DNA of 64,000 bases, taken from the NCBI GenBank assembly GCA_030265395.1, contig JARFYF010000112.1, positions 74,914,798 to 74,978,797 on the forward strand, in the 5' to 3' direction. Positions 25,901 through 37,900 of this stretch are shown here, one piece after another (the first letter of the stretch is position 1; each line of letters opens with the position of its first letter). Source of the DNA: Rhina ancylostomus (lineage: Eukaryota). The notes below the pieces were generated by a model that saw nothing but the letters and a program-made list of their open reading frames with translations, did no database searches and was not told where the DNA came from. The position numbers and the translations under genes are program-made.

Positions 25901-28900
25901 TCAATCTTCCCAGTCCCAGGATATCAAGTTCTTTAGGGAAGTATCTGAGGCGCAACCTTTCATCACTTCATTTATGACCTTTCTTCCCTCATGAGATCAG
26001 AAGGTGCAATCATCAGTGAACATCCCAAATGTCCAATTCCATTTGCAAATCCTCAGTACATGAAGCAGTTAGTTAGCAAAGTCTGGAGAGCTTTTGGGCA
26101 TGGAAGAATAAGTGGCAAGTAACATTCATGCCACAACAGTTTCCAACAAGAGAAAGTCTAACCACCTACCTGTGATATTTTTTTAAATGGTATTACCAAT
26201 GCAGTGTCTCCCATCAACCAAATGCTTGCCATTAACTGGAAACTCAACTGGACCAGCCATGTAAATATCATGGCCATAAACTCAGGTGACTGCCTCCTGT
26301 TGCCATATACAAGGCACAAATCAAAATGTGGTTGAGTATGTGATGAGTGCAGCACTAACACCACTTGGGAAGCTTAACACTGTCTAGCATAAAGCAACCT
26401 GCTTGATCAACACCCTATCCACTCTTAAAATGCACTGCAGTTATTCAGTCAAGATACATCAACAATACCTTCAGACTCACGGCCTCTACTACAGAAGAAC
26501 AATGATAGCAAGTACATGGGAACGCTCTCACCTGCAGGTTTATTTTCAGGTAAAACGTTGTTCTGACTTGGAAATAAATCATTAGGACTTCATTGTTGCT
26601 GGGTCTTGTCTAACAGCACTGTAGAAGAACAGTCACTGAGACTGCAGCTGTAGAAGAAGGTGGTTTATCATCAACTTCAGGGCATTAGTAGCGGTCATCC
26701 TGATTAGTAGCATTGCCATCCTGAATAAAAAGTCACTTCTACCTTTTGGAAGAATTTACTTGTGATGACCTGGAATTAAATCTGACACCCTTCAGCTCTG
26801 TAGTTTATTTTCGCACACTAGTTTGTCCATTGCTCTTTTTGAGTGAGGGGATGTGGTGGGCATGCAAGTGATGTGGTCTGAATTGGATTAAAATGTAGCA
26901 TTCTTTGATCTATAATCTTTAAGATCCCCTTTGGGAGACTCTGCATTGATATCAGCTGTACAACTGTAATAGCACCTTCTATGGCATTTTCACAGGAAAA
27001 GCAGCATTTCTTCCTCCTGCCTAAAGTGTATGATTGGCTGAGTTGGATTCCTTGTCACCTTTTTCCAAATGATTTCTTTTAATGCATAACATCAAAGCCC
27101 TGATATTTGTTTTGCTGCTTTGGAATTTTGGACAATAATTGGATGCCCTGAATGTGCAATCTAGGCAAAGTGTAAATGTTTTCAGGAGCGAAGAGCATGG
27201 CAGAAGACTTCATTGTGCATATGTGTTTTTTTTAAAGAGAGAGAATATGAGGATGGAAGAGATGGCTCAACGTACTGGAATGGCCATGCCAGGTGAGATT
27301 TAAAAATCACTTTAGAATGGTAATCAAAGCAATATTCTCGATGTTATGTATATAGGAGTTACTTGGTTTCAATAAAAAATAGTAATAAAATACAGCTGTG
27401 TTTCAACTGTGTGAAAATGCTGATTGTTTTGTTTTTTTTCAAAAAAAAGTTTGTAGATAAAATAAAGAAACTTCCAGACACAGGCTCACTGGTATTGGAA
27501 TGGTGCTTGTTGTTGACTGGAGATGTTGGCCATTTTCTGTAGTGTCTTTTCTAGTGTTGATTTCTGTTTAGGCATTAGTTCTAGGGATCCTTTGTGACTA
27601 AAAATGGTGAAGCTACAAGCTGGCTGAGCAGTCTATCAATTGAAGAATTGTTCACAACTGTAGAGATATAGCATTGAAACTGCCCTTTCACCCCACTGAG
27701 TCTGCATCGACCATCAGTCACCCACTTACACTAATCCCTTCTGTTCTTCTTACATTCTTATCAACTTGACCACCTGCCCCCTGCCTTCACTGCCCCCACT
27801 TCTGTAACTGTACCTGAAGTCAGGATTGAACCTAAATCTCTGGCACTATGAGGCAGCAGCTCTACTAGCTCTGCCACTGTGCTACCCATTCTCACATGAA
27901 GTAAAAAAAACAAATCTTCCAAATTTTAATTGGAACTAAAGGTAGAAACTAACATGTTGAATAATTTCTAATATTTATCTGAGTGAATTGCCATTGGTAC
28001 AAATTGGGTATTAAGCTCCAGAAAAGGTGATTACTAAAAAAGTAAATACGATGCAGCATGCCATTTACGAACTTGCTTTCATCTTGTGCAACAAAATTTT
28101 CTGAGTACATTCATAATTATCTGAAGTTGTGATTTGTCACTGATTTCTGGAGAAATTTGCAAAACAGCTCCAGTGTTGATCATTGACAACTTCTCTAGAT
28201 TTTTTTTCTTGTAACCATGCATGTTTGTATTCTAAAAGTTGCTGTCATTATGTCATTACAACTGTAATATCCAGATGATTTATTTTTATGTCTATACTTA
28301 ATAGATTGGATTCAGTGATGTTTTAGTTTCATTCTTGCACACAAAGTTGAGATCTCATGGTTTTAAATCTATTTTGTTAGACCCTTTTTTTGAAAAAAAA
28401 ACAAAGCAAGTTTTCTTGGACTGGCTAGTAGTAGTACTGCAGTTCTTAACTGTGAGTTTGCTGTCTCTACTATTGAGGCATTCCAGGACTAGCTGCGCCT
28501 CCCGTCAAGCTGTTCCAGAACAGTAAGAACGCTGGCACTGATCCGACAATGGAAAATTGCCCAGGTATGTCACACTCACAGAAGACAAATCCAATTCTGG
28601 CTAATTACTGCTCAATGAGTCTGTTCTTAGTTATCAGCAATATAATGGTTGATCTTGTTGACGGTTATTTGCTCACTATTGCTCAGTTTGGGTTGGCAAG
28701 ACCACTTGGGTGCAGACCTCAACAGCCTTGGTCCAAAGAAAAAGGCAACATTTTGTAAGCATCCCATAAAGCATCCTAGTAAACTTGTAGGTAATGAGCT
28801 AATGGGGAAAGCACTCAATTGGTTGGAGTTGTAACATATACAAAGGAAGATTTTGGTAATTGATGGTGGTCAATCGTGAGAATCCCAAGACCTCATCTTG

Positions 28901-31900
28901 GGAGTTCACCAGGATAGTGTCCTTTGCTCAGCAAACATTGGCTGGTTCTTTCATGACCTCCATTCTATTTTATAGCCAGAAATGGGATATTTGCTAATGA
29001 TTGAAGAGTGTTTTATTCCATTTACAACTCCAGAAAATGAAACAGTTGATGCTTATGTGTAGCATGACAGAAACATTCATTTATTCACTTTTTGTAATCT
29101 GAGTGTCATTGGTAAGCATGTGTTTATTGCCCATCCCTAACTGTGCTTAAGGTGATAATGAACAGCCTTCATGAACAGCTGCAGACCTTCTGGTGAATAT
29201 ACTTGCACTGTATTGTAAGCTGGTTCAGGATTTCAAATGAGATGAAGGAACAGTGATACATTTCCAAGTTGGTTAGTGTACAACTTGGAAGGGGACTTGC
29301 AGGTGATTTCCATGTACCAGAAGTTTTTGTCTTCCTTGTTGGTAGAGGTTGCAGGTTTCTGAGATGCTGTCGGAGTAGCCTGGGCAAGTCACTGTCATCC
29401 ATTCTTTTTGTACGGTAGAAACTGCAGCCACTGTGCAATGCTAGTGATGGATGTGAATGTTCAGGGTCACAGATGGAGAGCCAGTCACAGATTGCATTTG
29501 TCCTCGATGTCAAGAAGCTCGAGAGTTGCTTTGATTATTTGATTGAAAGGAGGTCATTGAAGAAACAACGAAACATGGTTAGGCCTTGGATCTTGCCCTA
29601 AGGAACTCTCACAGTGGGGCTGGCACAGTTGCTGTCCAACAAACGACAACCATTTTCTTTTGTGTGAGCTAAGGCTCCAACCACTGAAGTCCTTTCCCTT
29701 TGGTGGTCATTGATTTCAGTTTTACCGATGGAAGCTGCACTCGATCAAATGCTGCCGAATTAATGATGTTCTTTCTCACCTCTGGAGTTCATCTCTTCAT
29801 TTCACAAGGGTTGGATGATGTATGAAGCCAAATGGTCCTGTCTGGGACTCAAACTGGGCATCTGTGAGCAGGTAATTGGTGGGCAAGTGCCACTTGATAG
29901 CACTGTCATTGACACTTTCCATCGCTTTGCTGCTGATTGGGTGGTTGCTGGCCAGATAGGATTAGTTCTACTTTTTCTGAACAGCGCATACCAAGACAAT
30001 TTTGCAGGTGCCCCCTGCCTCTGCTGCTCTTGAATTTCACTTTGGACAGGCATTCAACTGGCTTCAAGACCAGGACAGTGGTGTGGTGTTCAGAATTGAG
30101 TAACTTCCTTCCTGACAGGACAAAGCCTTTCTTCAATCTACAGGGCATAAACTGGGGAATATGCTGCAATGTTCTTCACTTGTCTGGATGCGTACAGCCC
30201 CAGTGACTCGAGCTCAACACTATTCAAGGCAAAGCAGCTTGGTAACAGCCCCTTAATTGCCCTAAATAACTCTGGCTTTAGTGTAGCATCGCTTTAGTGA
30301 GTATCACCTACAATTACACACTTGGGCTTCTAAGGCAGCATCCTGTAAATCTGCAACTTCTGTCACCAAAAAGATGGCAGCAGCAGGCAACCTGTTGCAT
30401 AAAAACTTTGGTTTTCTTTCAGGTCTGGTTATCGTATTAACTTTATTACAGGGTCTAAGTCCAAGAATTTCATATGCAACATTACTGGTCATACCTTCAC
30501 CAGAGGGATCATGGCAGTTCAAGAAGGAGTTTTGCCACCAGTTCAAAATGGTTAATGGATAGGAAGCATTCCTGTAGTGACCAAGTTTTTGTAAAATGAC
30601 CACATCCCTATTTTGATTCTTTCAAGTTTTCAGAACCTAGTGCAGGGAAATGCATATGGCCCAACCATTTCTATACACATGTTATGTATGTTTGTTAATG
30701 TGACTCTGGTATAGTTCTTTAAAATAAAAGTTGCATGTATGAATTAAAAGTAGGATTTCATTTTTTTTTACATGATCATGAAAGCTAAGTTTGAACTTGA
30801 CCTCATTTAATGAGCGGTCAATCATCTTGTACCTATCAAGTGTTCTTTTGTGTGAATGGTGTTCATTTTGAGGTTAAAATTGGCCCTTTTTGAAAGTTCC
30901 AAATGTGCTTATTTTAATGAAAGAATGAATTAAAATTGTCTAAATCATGCAGTTAAATCTTGTGTATTATATTTAACTGTAAAATGTTGCAGTGCTGTGT
31001 GCTTTCTGAATTTTAGTTATTGCTCTTGCCTATATCTGCTGTTTATTTGTGACCTTGCTATGAGTTGAGGTAATAGTCTTGTTGAATGGTTTGAGGATCT
31101 ATATGGCCTCATATCTTATGCTGTTGACTGAGCTGGAAAAATTTTGATAGTTTAGGAATCTTAATTTTAGTCCCATAGATATTCTTTGAACATAGAGTAC
31201 TTTAGAAATACTGGGTTTTTTTTAGAATTGCAGGATAATATCCTTTCTTTTGAAATAAGTTACCTACGTTGAAACTAATGGCTATGCTGCTACATCCACA
31301 AAACTTGCCTAATATGTCGATTGGTCATAAGCTCAGAATTGATTTAAGGGAAAGGAAGAATTTTGGCAACATTCAAAAATTTACTGTTAAACTATTGCTT
31401 GCAGGGTTCTCTCCAGTGTCGAATCATGATAATGGTTCAGAAATATGATGGTCGAAATATGTTATGTATTTTCCTGTGCACTTTTATCTTTTACATTTTG
31501 AATTTTAGTTGTCTTATTCCACATAATGGAACATATAGTGGGCGGCACAACATGGTGGGCCGAAGGGCCTGTATTGTGCTGTATTGTTCTATGGTTCTGT
31601 ATTCCAATTTGTGGAATTAATTGAACTATATTAATGAAATTGTTCAATATTCATGTAGAATGGCAATTCTTCAAATTTTTTAAAATTTTGTTTTCTTTAT
31701 CTTTATTTTAGTGGGACTAACTGCAGCTGATTTTACAAATCTGAAAGCAGGTATGGAATTTTAAACTTTTGCATAATTTGCACCTTATTATTTATTGAAA
31801 GGATCCTAAGATGCATTTGTTGCATGGAGAAAATAAGAAAAGATTGCATTCTCAAGGCAATATAAATGATTATGCCTAATGCAGAACAAAATATAAACTT

Positions 31901-34900
31901 TACGAGTAAAGAGTCAGATCTTGGCTTTAATTATTAGAGTTGATGCTGCAGTGATCTGCATTTTGTGCACCCACTTGACTAGATGAATGCCAAATGTGAT
32001 TTTTTCAGTCAATATTTTACTGAAATACTGTACTTATCAGCCTCTGCAAACCAAGTTCCTCAGCCACTTATGGGAATGAACAGGCCCACTGTGAATACTA
32101 ATGCACCACCACCTCAAGGTCCTCCTGGAAGCCTGGGAAACCAGATGCCAGAAAACAACATTGGATTGGTAATGTATTAAACATAGTGCAAAATAAAAAC
32201 AGTATATTATAAAGATTAGAGTAAAATTGTGAATATAAGAAGAAAAATAAGTGAATTTGAAGTTAAGAATTTTTTAAATCTTTCATGTGCTACATTGAGG
32301 GGGGGTGGGAAGGATGTAAATGAAATCAAACTGTACACACTTGAGTTCAAGGGTGTGGGTTTGGTGGATCTCTTAACAGTATTTGCAAGGTGCAGAGCAC
32401 TTTGTTTGGACACCCTTGCTAAAAGAAATATTCTGAGTTTTAGCCAATGTCTAATGTCAGTCATACTTTTCCTGTTTTAGGAGAGAATTTCTTCTAGATT
32501 GCCATCTGTGTCCTTAATGAACCTTTTTAAAATATTGCCTTAATTTTGTCTTTTGTTATCCCATAGTTTTGCAAAATTCCAAAATTATGTGCTATATTTG
32601 ATAAACTGGATTTTGTATTAATTTTCAGCTTTTCTCATTTGTGTGTATTGCACAGTAACTGCATTATTCTGGGTTAATCCAATGTTTGGAAGTGCACTCA
32701 TGTAAAGGGAATTAGAACTGCAAGAGGTTAAATATGGTATAACATCTAAGATGTCAAGGCTTTCTAAGTTCTAGGTTCTCACAGGAAACTTGCATATCTG
32801 AGCTCCGTTGTGCTAGGTTTGCATTTTAATGGTTTTTGGCCATTAGGTTATAGTAATAAATACATTGAATACTGAGAGTGGATTTAGTAATACTTCATTG
32901 TTTCACGGTAGTGTGTGAAATGCATAAATTTCTGACTTCCTGGTTACTTAATAAATGGCAAGTTGCCATTTAGGAATGCAAATTCTTTCCAAGGCCTATG
33001 ATTTGAATGTTTGTTCCTTGGTGGCAGCTTTTTTCTGTTTTTAATATTCAATAATATTTCTGATCAGATTATCAGACTCCTAATTGATTTCTTAATTTAC
33101 CTCTTTACCTCCATTTGCTTTCTGGAGTAGATCAGGATGAATTATGACGAGTTCCCTACTGGACCAACGTCTGCATAACTATTAACACAATGTTCAGTAA
33201 AAGAATGAACTGGGTTCACATATGGTGGCCAAAATGAGATACAGGAATGGATAGAAAAGTAGAAGAAAACCTAAAGGGGAAAGTTTGAATGCAAATTTCT
33301 GGAAATACTGAGGAAAAGGCTTAAGTTTAAATGAGTGAAAGTCAACTTCTCAGAATAAAATACTTCTGGGGGACCATTCTTAAATTGAATTTTGTATTCC
33401 ATTTATCTAATTTTGTGTAGACTTAAAACTGTTTAAGGCTCCATAGTTATATTGAGAGCAAGTTATTTCTTATGTAATCTTTAACATGGAATTTGTTCCA
33501 CTAACATTAGATACTACTGCCTGGTCTGTAATTGTCACTTATTGCATATATTACTTAATACAGTTAAAACACTTTCTGTGTGCACTCTGTCAACTCTTTA
33601 CATTATATTTCTGTATCCATATTTGTAAAGCTGGCTTTTAAAACTTGTAGGTTAAAATTGCATGGCCCCCCACCAGTGGAGGTGTTATAGCTCCACCATT
33701 GGAAAGAGAATGTAATTATATTTGTGCTAAGCTTGTTTAGGGAGTTTCCATTTTAAATGGAAATAGGAATGTATAATGGAAAAAGTTATGGGCAGAATAT
33801 ATGACTTCTTAAAAATGTGGCTGAGTTACCTTAATACACTAATTATCCCATCTTCACCTGCAAATTACACTTGGTCTTTACTCTGCAGTGTCACAGAAGG
33901 TTGACTGTATGATAGATTCTTAATTGGCAAGCAGATATTAAACCTCAAGTCATACATTCCAAAAGCAGTACCACTTTTGAGGATGTGCCAAACTATTTAA
34001 TTATGTACATAGTGAAAAAAGACACAGATTCTGTACTGAAATAAAAGGCACTGATGGAAGATGGACACTTGTATCACTTTGGTGCTGTTGTCATTACAAA
34101 GCATTTGTGTGAAATACACCACTGTGTCAACAACTGCAAATAAATTTTAGAAACTTAAAGCTCATATGGCCCAACGGTCAATTTTTTTTTAAGAAACTCC
34201 AGCCAACCTGCCTTATCACCAAATCACTCAATCCATTCTCTATGCAGAAAGTTATTAGACATCTTTGAGCCCATTTGTACAATATTAAGATTATACAGCG
34301 ACCTGTGTAGTTTATTGGTAGCTTATTGTCAGTTGGGACGAGTGTTGTCAAATTTTGTTTCCTAGAGCTGTTTTACTAAAATGGGAATTTTCAAAACTTG
34401 TAGACATAAAGACTACATTATGTGTTTTAAAAACAATCATGGGTATATAGTTGCACCTTGCACAGTAGTTTTTCTTGGTTGTTTTTTTCTGGAAATAATT
34501 TTTGTTTTTTGAATAGAAACATTTCTGAACCTAATTAACTATAAGAGTGCTGTTCCTAGTGAATATATTGATGCTGGTAAAAAATTAAACCCTTAATTTT
34601 TGGAAGAATTTTAATGTTGAATTATTTGGTATCCTTTAAAATGGGTTAGTTGGTGCAAGTTATTGTTACTTTAGGGCAATTATGTTTTTCAGCTGAAATA
34701 TGCTGTCAGTTCAGACTAATCTAGTAACCTTTAAATTGTGACTAGGGCAATTAATGGATTTACAAATTTTGGTACATGTGGGGTAGTGGGTGGAGAGTTT
34801 ATTTTTAAGCATTATTCAGAGGATACAAGAAATGTGAAACATTTTTGCAGATATTTTGTAAATTTAAATACTTCAGAAAATAACCTTACTATTTGTATGA

Positions 34901-37900
34901 AAAAGATTTTTTTAGTGAATGAGCTACTGTGATGGCACTTTGATCATTGGTCTTGAATACAGATTTTTCTTGTAGTTAGTTACCAGATCAATCCATTTAC
35001 CAGCAACTCTATTGCTTTTACTAATATTGGTTTGAGTTTCTAAGTTATGTAACTAAAGGTGGCTTGAATTCCATTAGTTTTAGAAAGGTTCAACTATTGG
35101 GTGGATCACTGGAAAAAGTCAGTCTGAATATATATCTTGCACCTCCAATGTCAAAGGCACGATTCTTCGTATTTCTGAACATTAATATATTGGATACACA
35201 GTTATGTTTTCCAGTAATTTTATATGTAATCTCATTTCTCACTGGTTGCTGCCATAATTATTCATTGAAATCCACAGCACAAAATGGGCCAGTGACAGCT
35301 TGAGGAAAATTTCATTTAACTGTACTTTGGCAAAGTTGTTATAAGTTGTCTGTTCATCTTTTTTAAAAAAATCACAGAACCCATTAGCACTGAAATGATG
35401 ACGTTATGAAAGCATTGATTATTATTTGTATTACAATGGAGAATTTTTGTGGCAGTTATGGCTATGAATTTCTCAGCAGTTTGATTATGGCTATTGAAGC
35501 ACCCCAGTAGCTGCTCATTTATTCAGTCTATTGTGTGGTGACCCAGGAGGACAAGGTATTATTAATGCAGCAATTTAATACTACTGAATGCATGGGCTGA
35601 TGGTACTGTAGAAGTTTGTGTGCACAGGTAATGATTAGTGCTTTTCTACAGACCCATTGTCAGTCCTTCTGAAAGCTGTTTCTACATGGACATATCCATG
35701 ATCGAACTTATTGACATAGATATATTTTCAATCTTGTGGTGAGCCAGGTGAATGATATTTACAGGTCTTAATAACTTTAAAAGATCAAGCATATAATCAT
35801 TTCTAGCTTGCGCAGATTTTAAGTAATTTCCAGAGATTCTGCAGTTTGAATCTGACAATAGGTTAGATAGAAGAATTTTGAAATTTCTCTGACTACTCAG
35901 AGAACAAACTATTAAGCTATTGCTTAATATGTAAACTCTTACTGAGGTGGGATAATGAACTAAAAAGGGAAAAAAATGAGTTGTTCAACAGTTGTTTAAT
36001 AATTTTTTGTATGTTTTGAATGATAGTAAATATTTTTGCCCACAAAGTTTGTTGGGTCATGAAAGTAAGAATGCTAAATACAGAATGGGTTATAAGAAGT
36101 GGATTTCATTGCTCCCCTCCAGCTGTCAAATTGATTCTGTTTTTGTTGACCGTTACTGCTGATGAAATATTTTTAATCATGTACTTAATTCCAAACCTAA
36201 ACTTAATGGTGCATATGTACCATTCGGTAAGTTATTTGATATGTTTTTGTTTGTTTAAAATCTTTTTGTAGTTTAATCTTTCTCTGGTTCTGAAGTTATT
36301 GAGATAATAGCTCCTTGAATGACGTGCTTGTTGGTATATTGCAGGAGGAGGCATGGGAAAATGTCTGTGAGAGTTTGGTCCAGATTTTGCATATCACTAC
36401 CTGCACTTTTGACTAGGATTGATAACTAGATTATGGATTTTTAAACATTTTTTGGCATTGTCCTTTATCCAGGTCTTTACTAGTTAATTAGAATGGTAAC
36501 ACACAGTCGGGAATAAACACTCTGTCCTCTTTGCTTCCCACCCCCCCCCCCCCCCCCCAACCTTATCTCTGCACTCCATCACAAAACTAGACTTGAAAAT
36601 AATTGGCAACATCATACAAAGAATAACATTTTTAACTCCCCATTAACCGTTTTGAACGTGGGAATGCACTGGTATTCACTGACTGTAGACTTTTAAAATT
36701 GAAGATGACAGCATGTTTTTCCTAAAATAATCTTTAATACCTGTGCAACTGGTTTCAAAGATCAGGTTACAGTGTGTACACCAGTGTATTACTGGAAAAA
36801 AACATTTCATTTAGGAGATGATGTATAAGAGGTCAAGAGGACAAAGTATTCCATTTTAAAATTTGTATTGGGGTTTAAACTTTTTGGAACCATCGTTTAC
36901 TTTTTTAGGCAGAGCTCTAATTTAGAGTTCCACTTATACCTGAGCAGGCAACTTTTTTTTCTCCCCTGCTCCCCACTTTCCTCATCCAGAAGGACTGGCA
37001 ACAAGGATTCAAGTTTTTGTACTGTCACTGGTTTTGTATTTTTGTACAGTTGTCTCTTCCCAATCCTTGCTAACATGCCTATTACTTTGTGTTTTGAATA
37101 ATGAATATGAAAAAGCATTACATAATGCAGGCATTGTGTCTCGTGCTGACCTAAATCTTTTTTTTATTGATGTCCCTTTTTATGGGCTGATTGCTCCCCA
37201 TTTTGCTCCCCATTCTCCCACTCTTCCCTATACTAGAGGCACTAGACCTGAATTTGCTATGAGCAAGATCTTTTTGAGATAAATTATCATAAATTTTGTG
37301 TTGGAACAAATAATAACCCCTGCTATTGCTATTACAGTGAAGCTTTAGGAAATGAAAGATTTCACAGAAGGTGAAATCATTGTTAAATCAAGATTGGGAG
37401 GGATAACGATACATTTGATGCGAGTAAATATAGACATTTTGAAATACACGATGTGACAGTTAATGGGAGGCATACACAATCTATTTTCTGCTGGTGCAAT
37501 CAGTAAATATGAAAGGGAAGGATAAAGTGATTATATAATCGTCTTGCCTGTTTGTGTGTGGAAGATAGAAAATCTGCTTTAATTGTACTTCATTGAGAAT
37601 TTTCCAGTTCAGAGGCTTAAGCATCTTTGAACTAACTTGTCCTATTGTATTTCATATTTATTATGTTCCAATTTATCTTTCCTATTGAATAGTTCACTTT
37701 GATAATTTGCTTTGAGCACCAGTTTAGTGTTTTGCTTTTACCAATTTTTCCCTTCTAATAAGATACTAATTCTCAACTTTGTCACGGTAGTCATGAGCCT
37801 CTCCTGGCTCTTAGTTTTTTTGAGAACCAAGGCTTCTCATAGTTTTGAGAACCAAGGCTTTCTGGTCAAGCCCAGATCTTTCGAGCATGCTTGTAAAGAG

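Noticed and set aside
27186-27237. Upstream alternative acceptor TTTTCAG| before coding exon 7
   Set aside because: Adds 52 nt and shifts the frame; no further support. The 27238 acceptor restores the conserved motif.
33811-33830. AAATGTGGCTGA (K-C-G-stop) resembling the PSPC1-beta C-terminus
   Set aside because: No suitable in-frame acceptor upstream; a match this short is plausible by chance.
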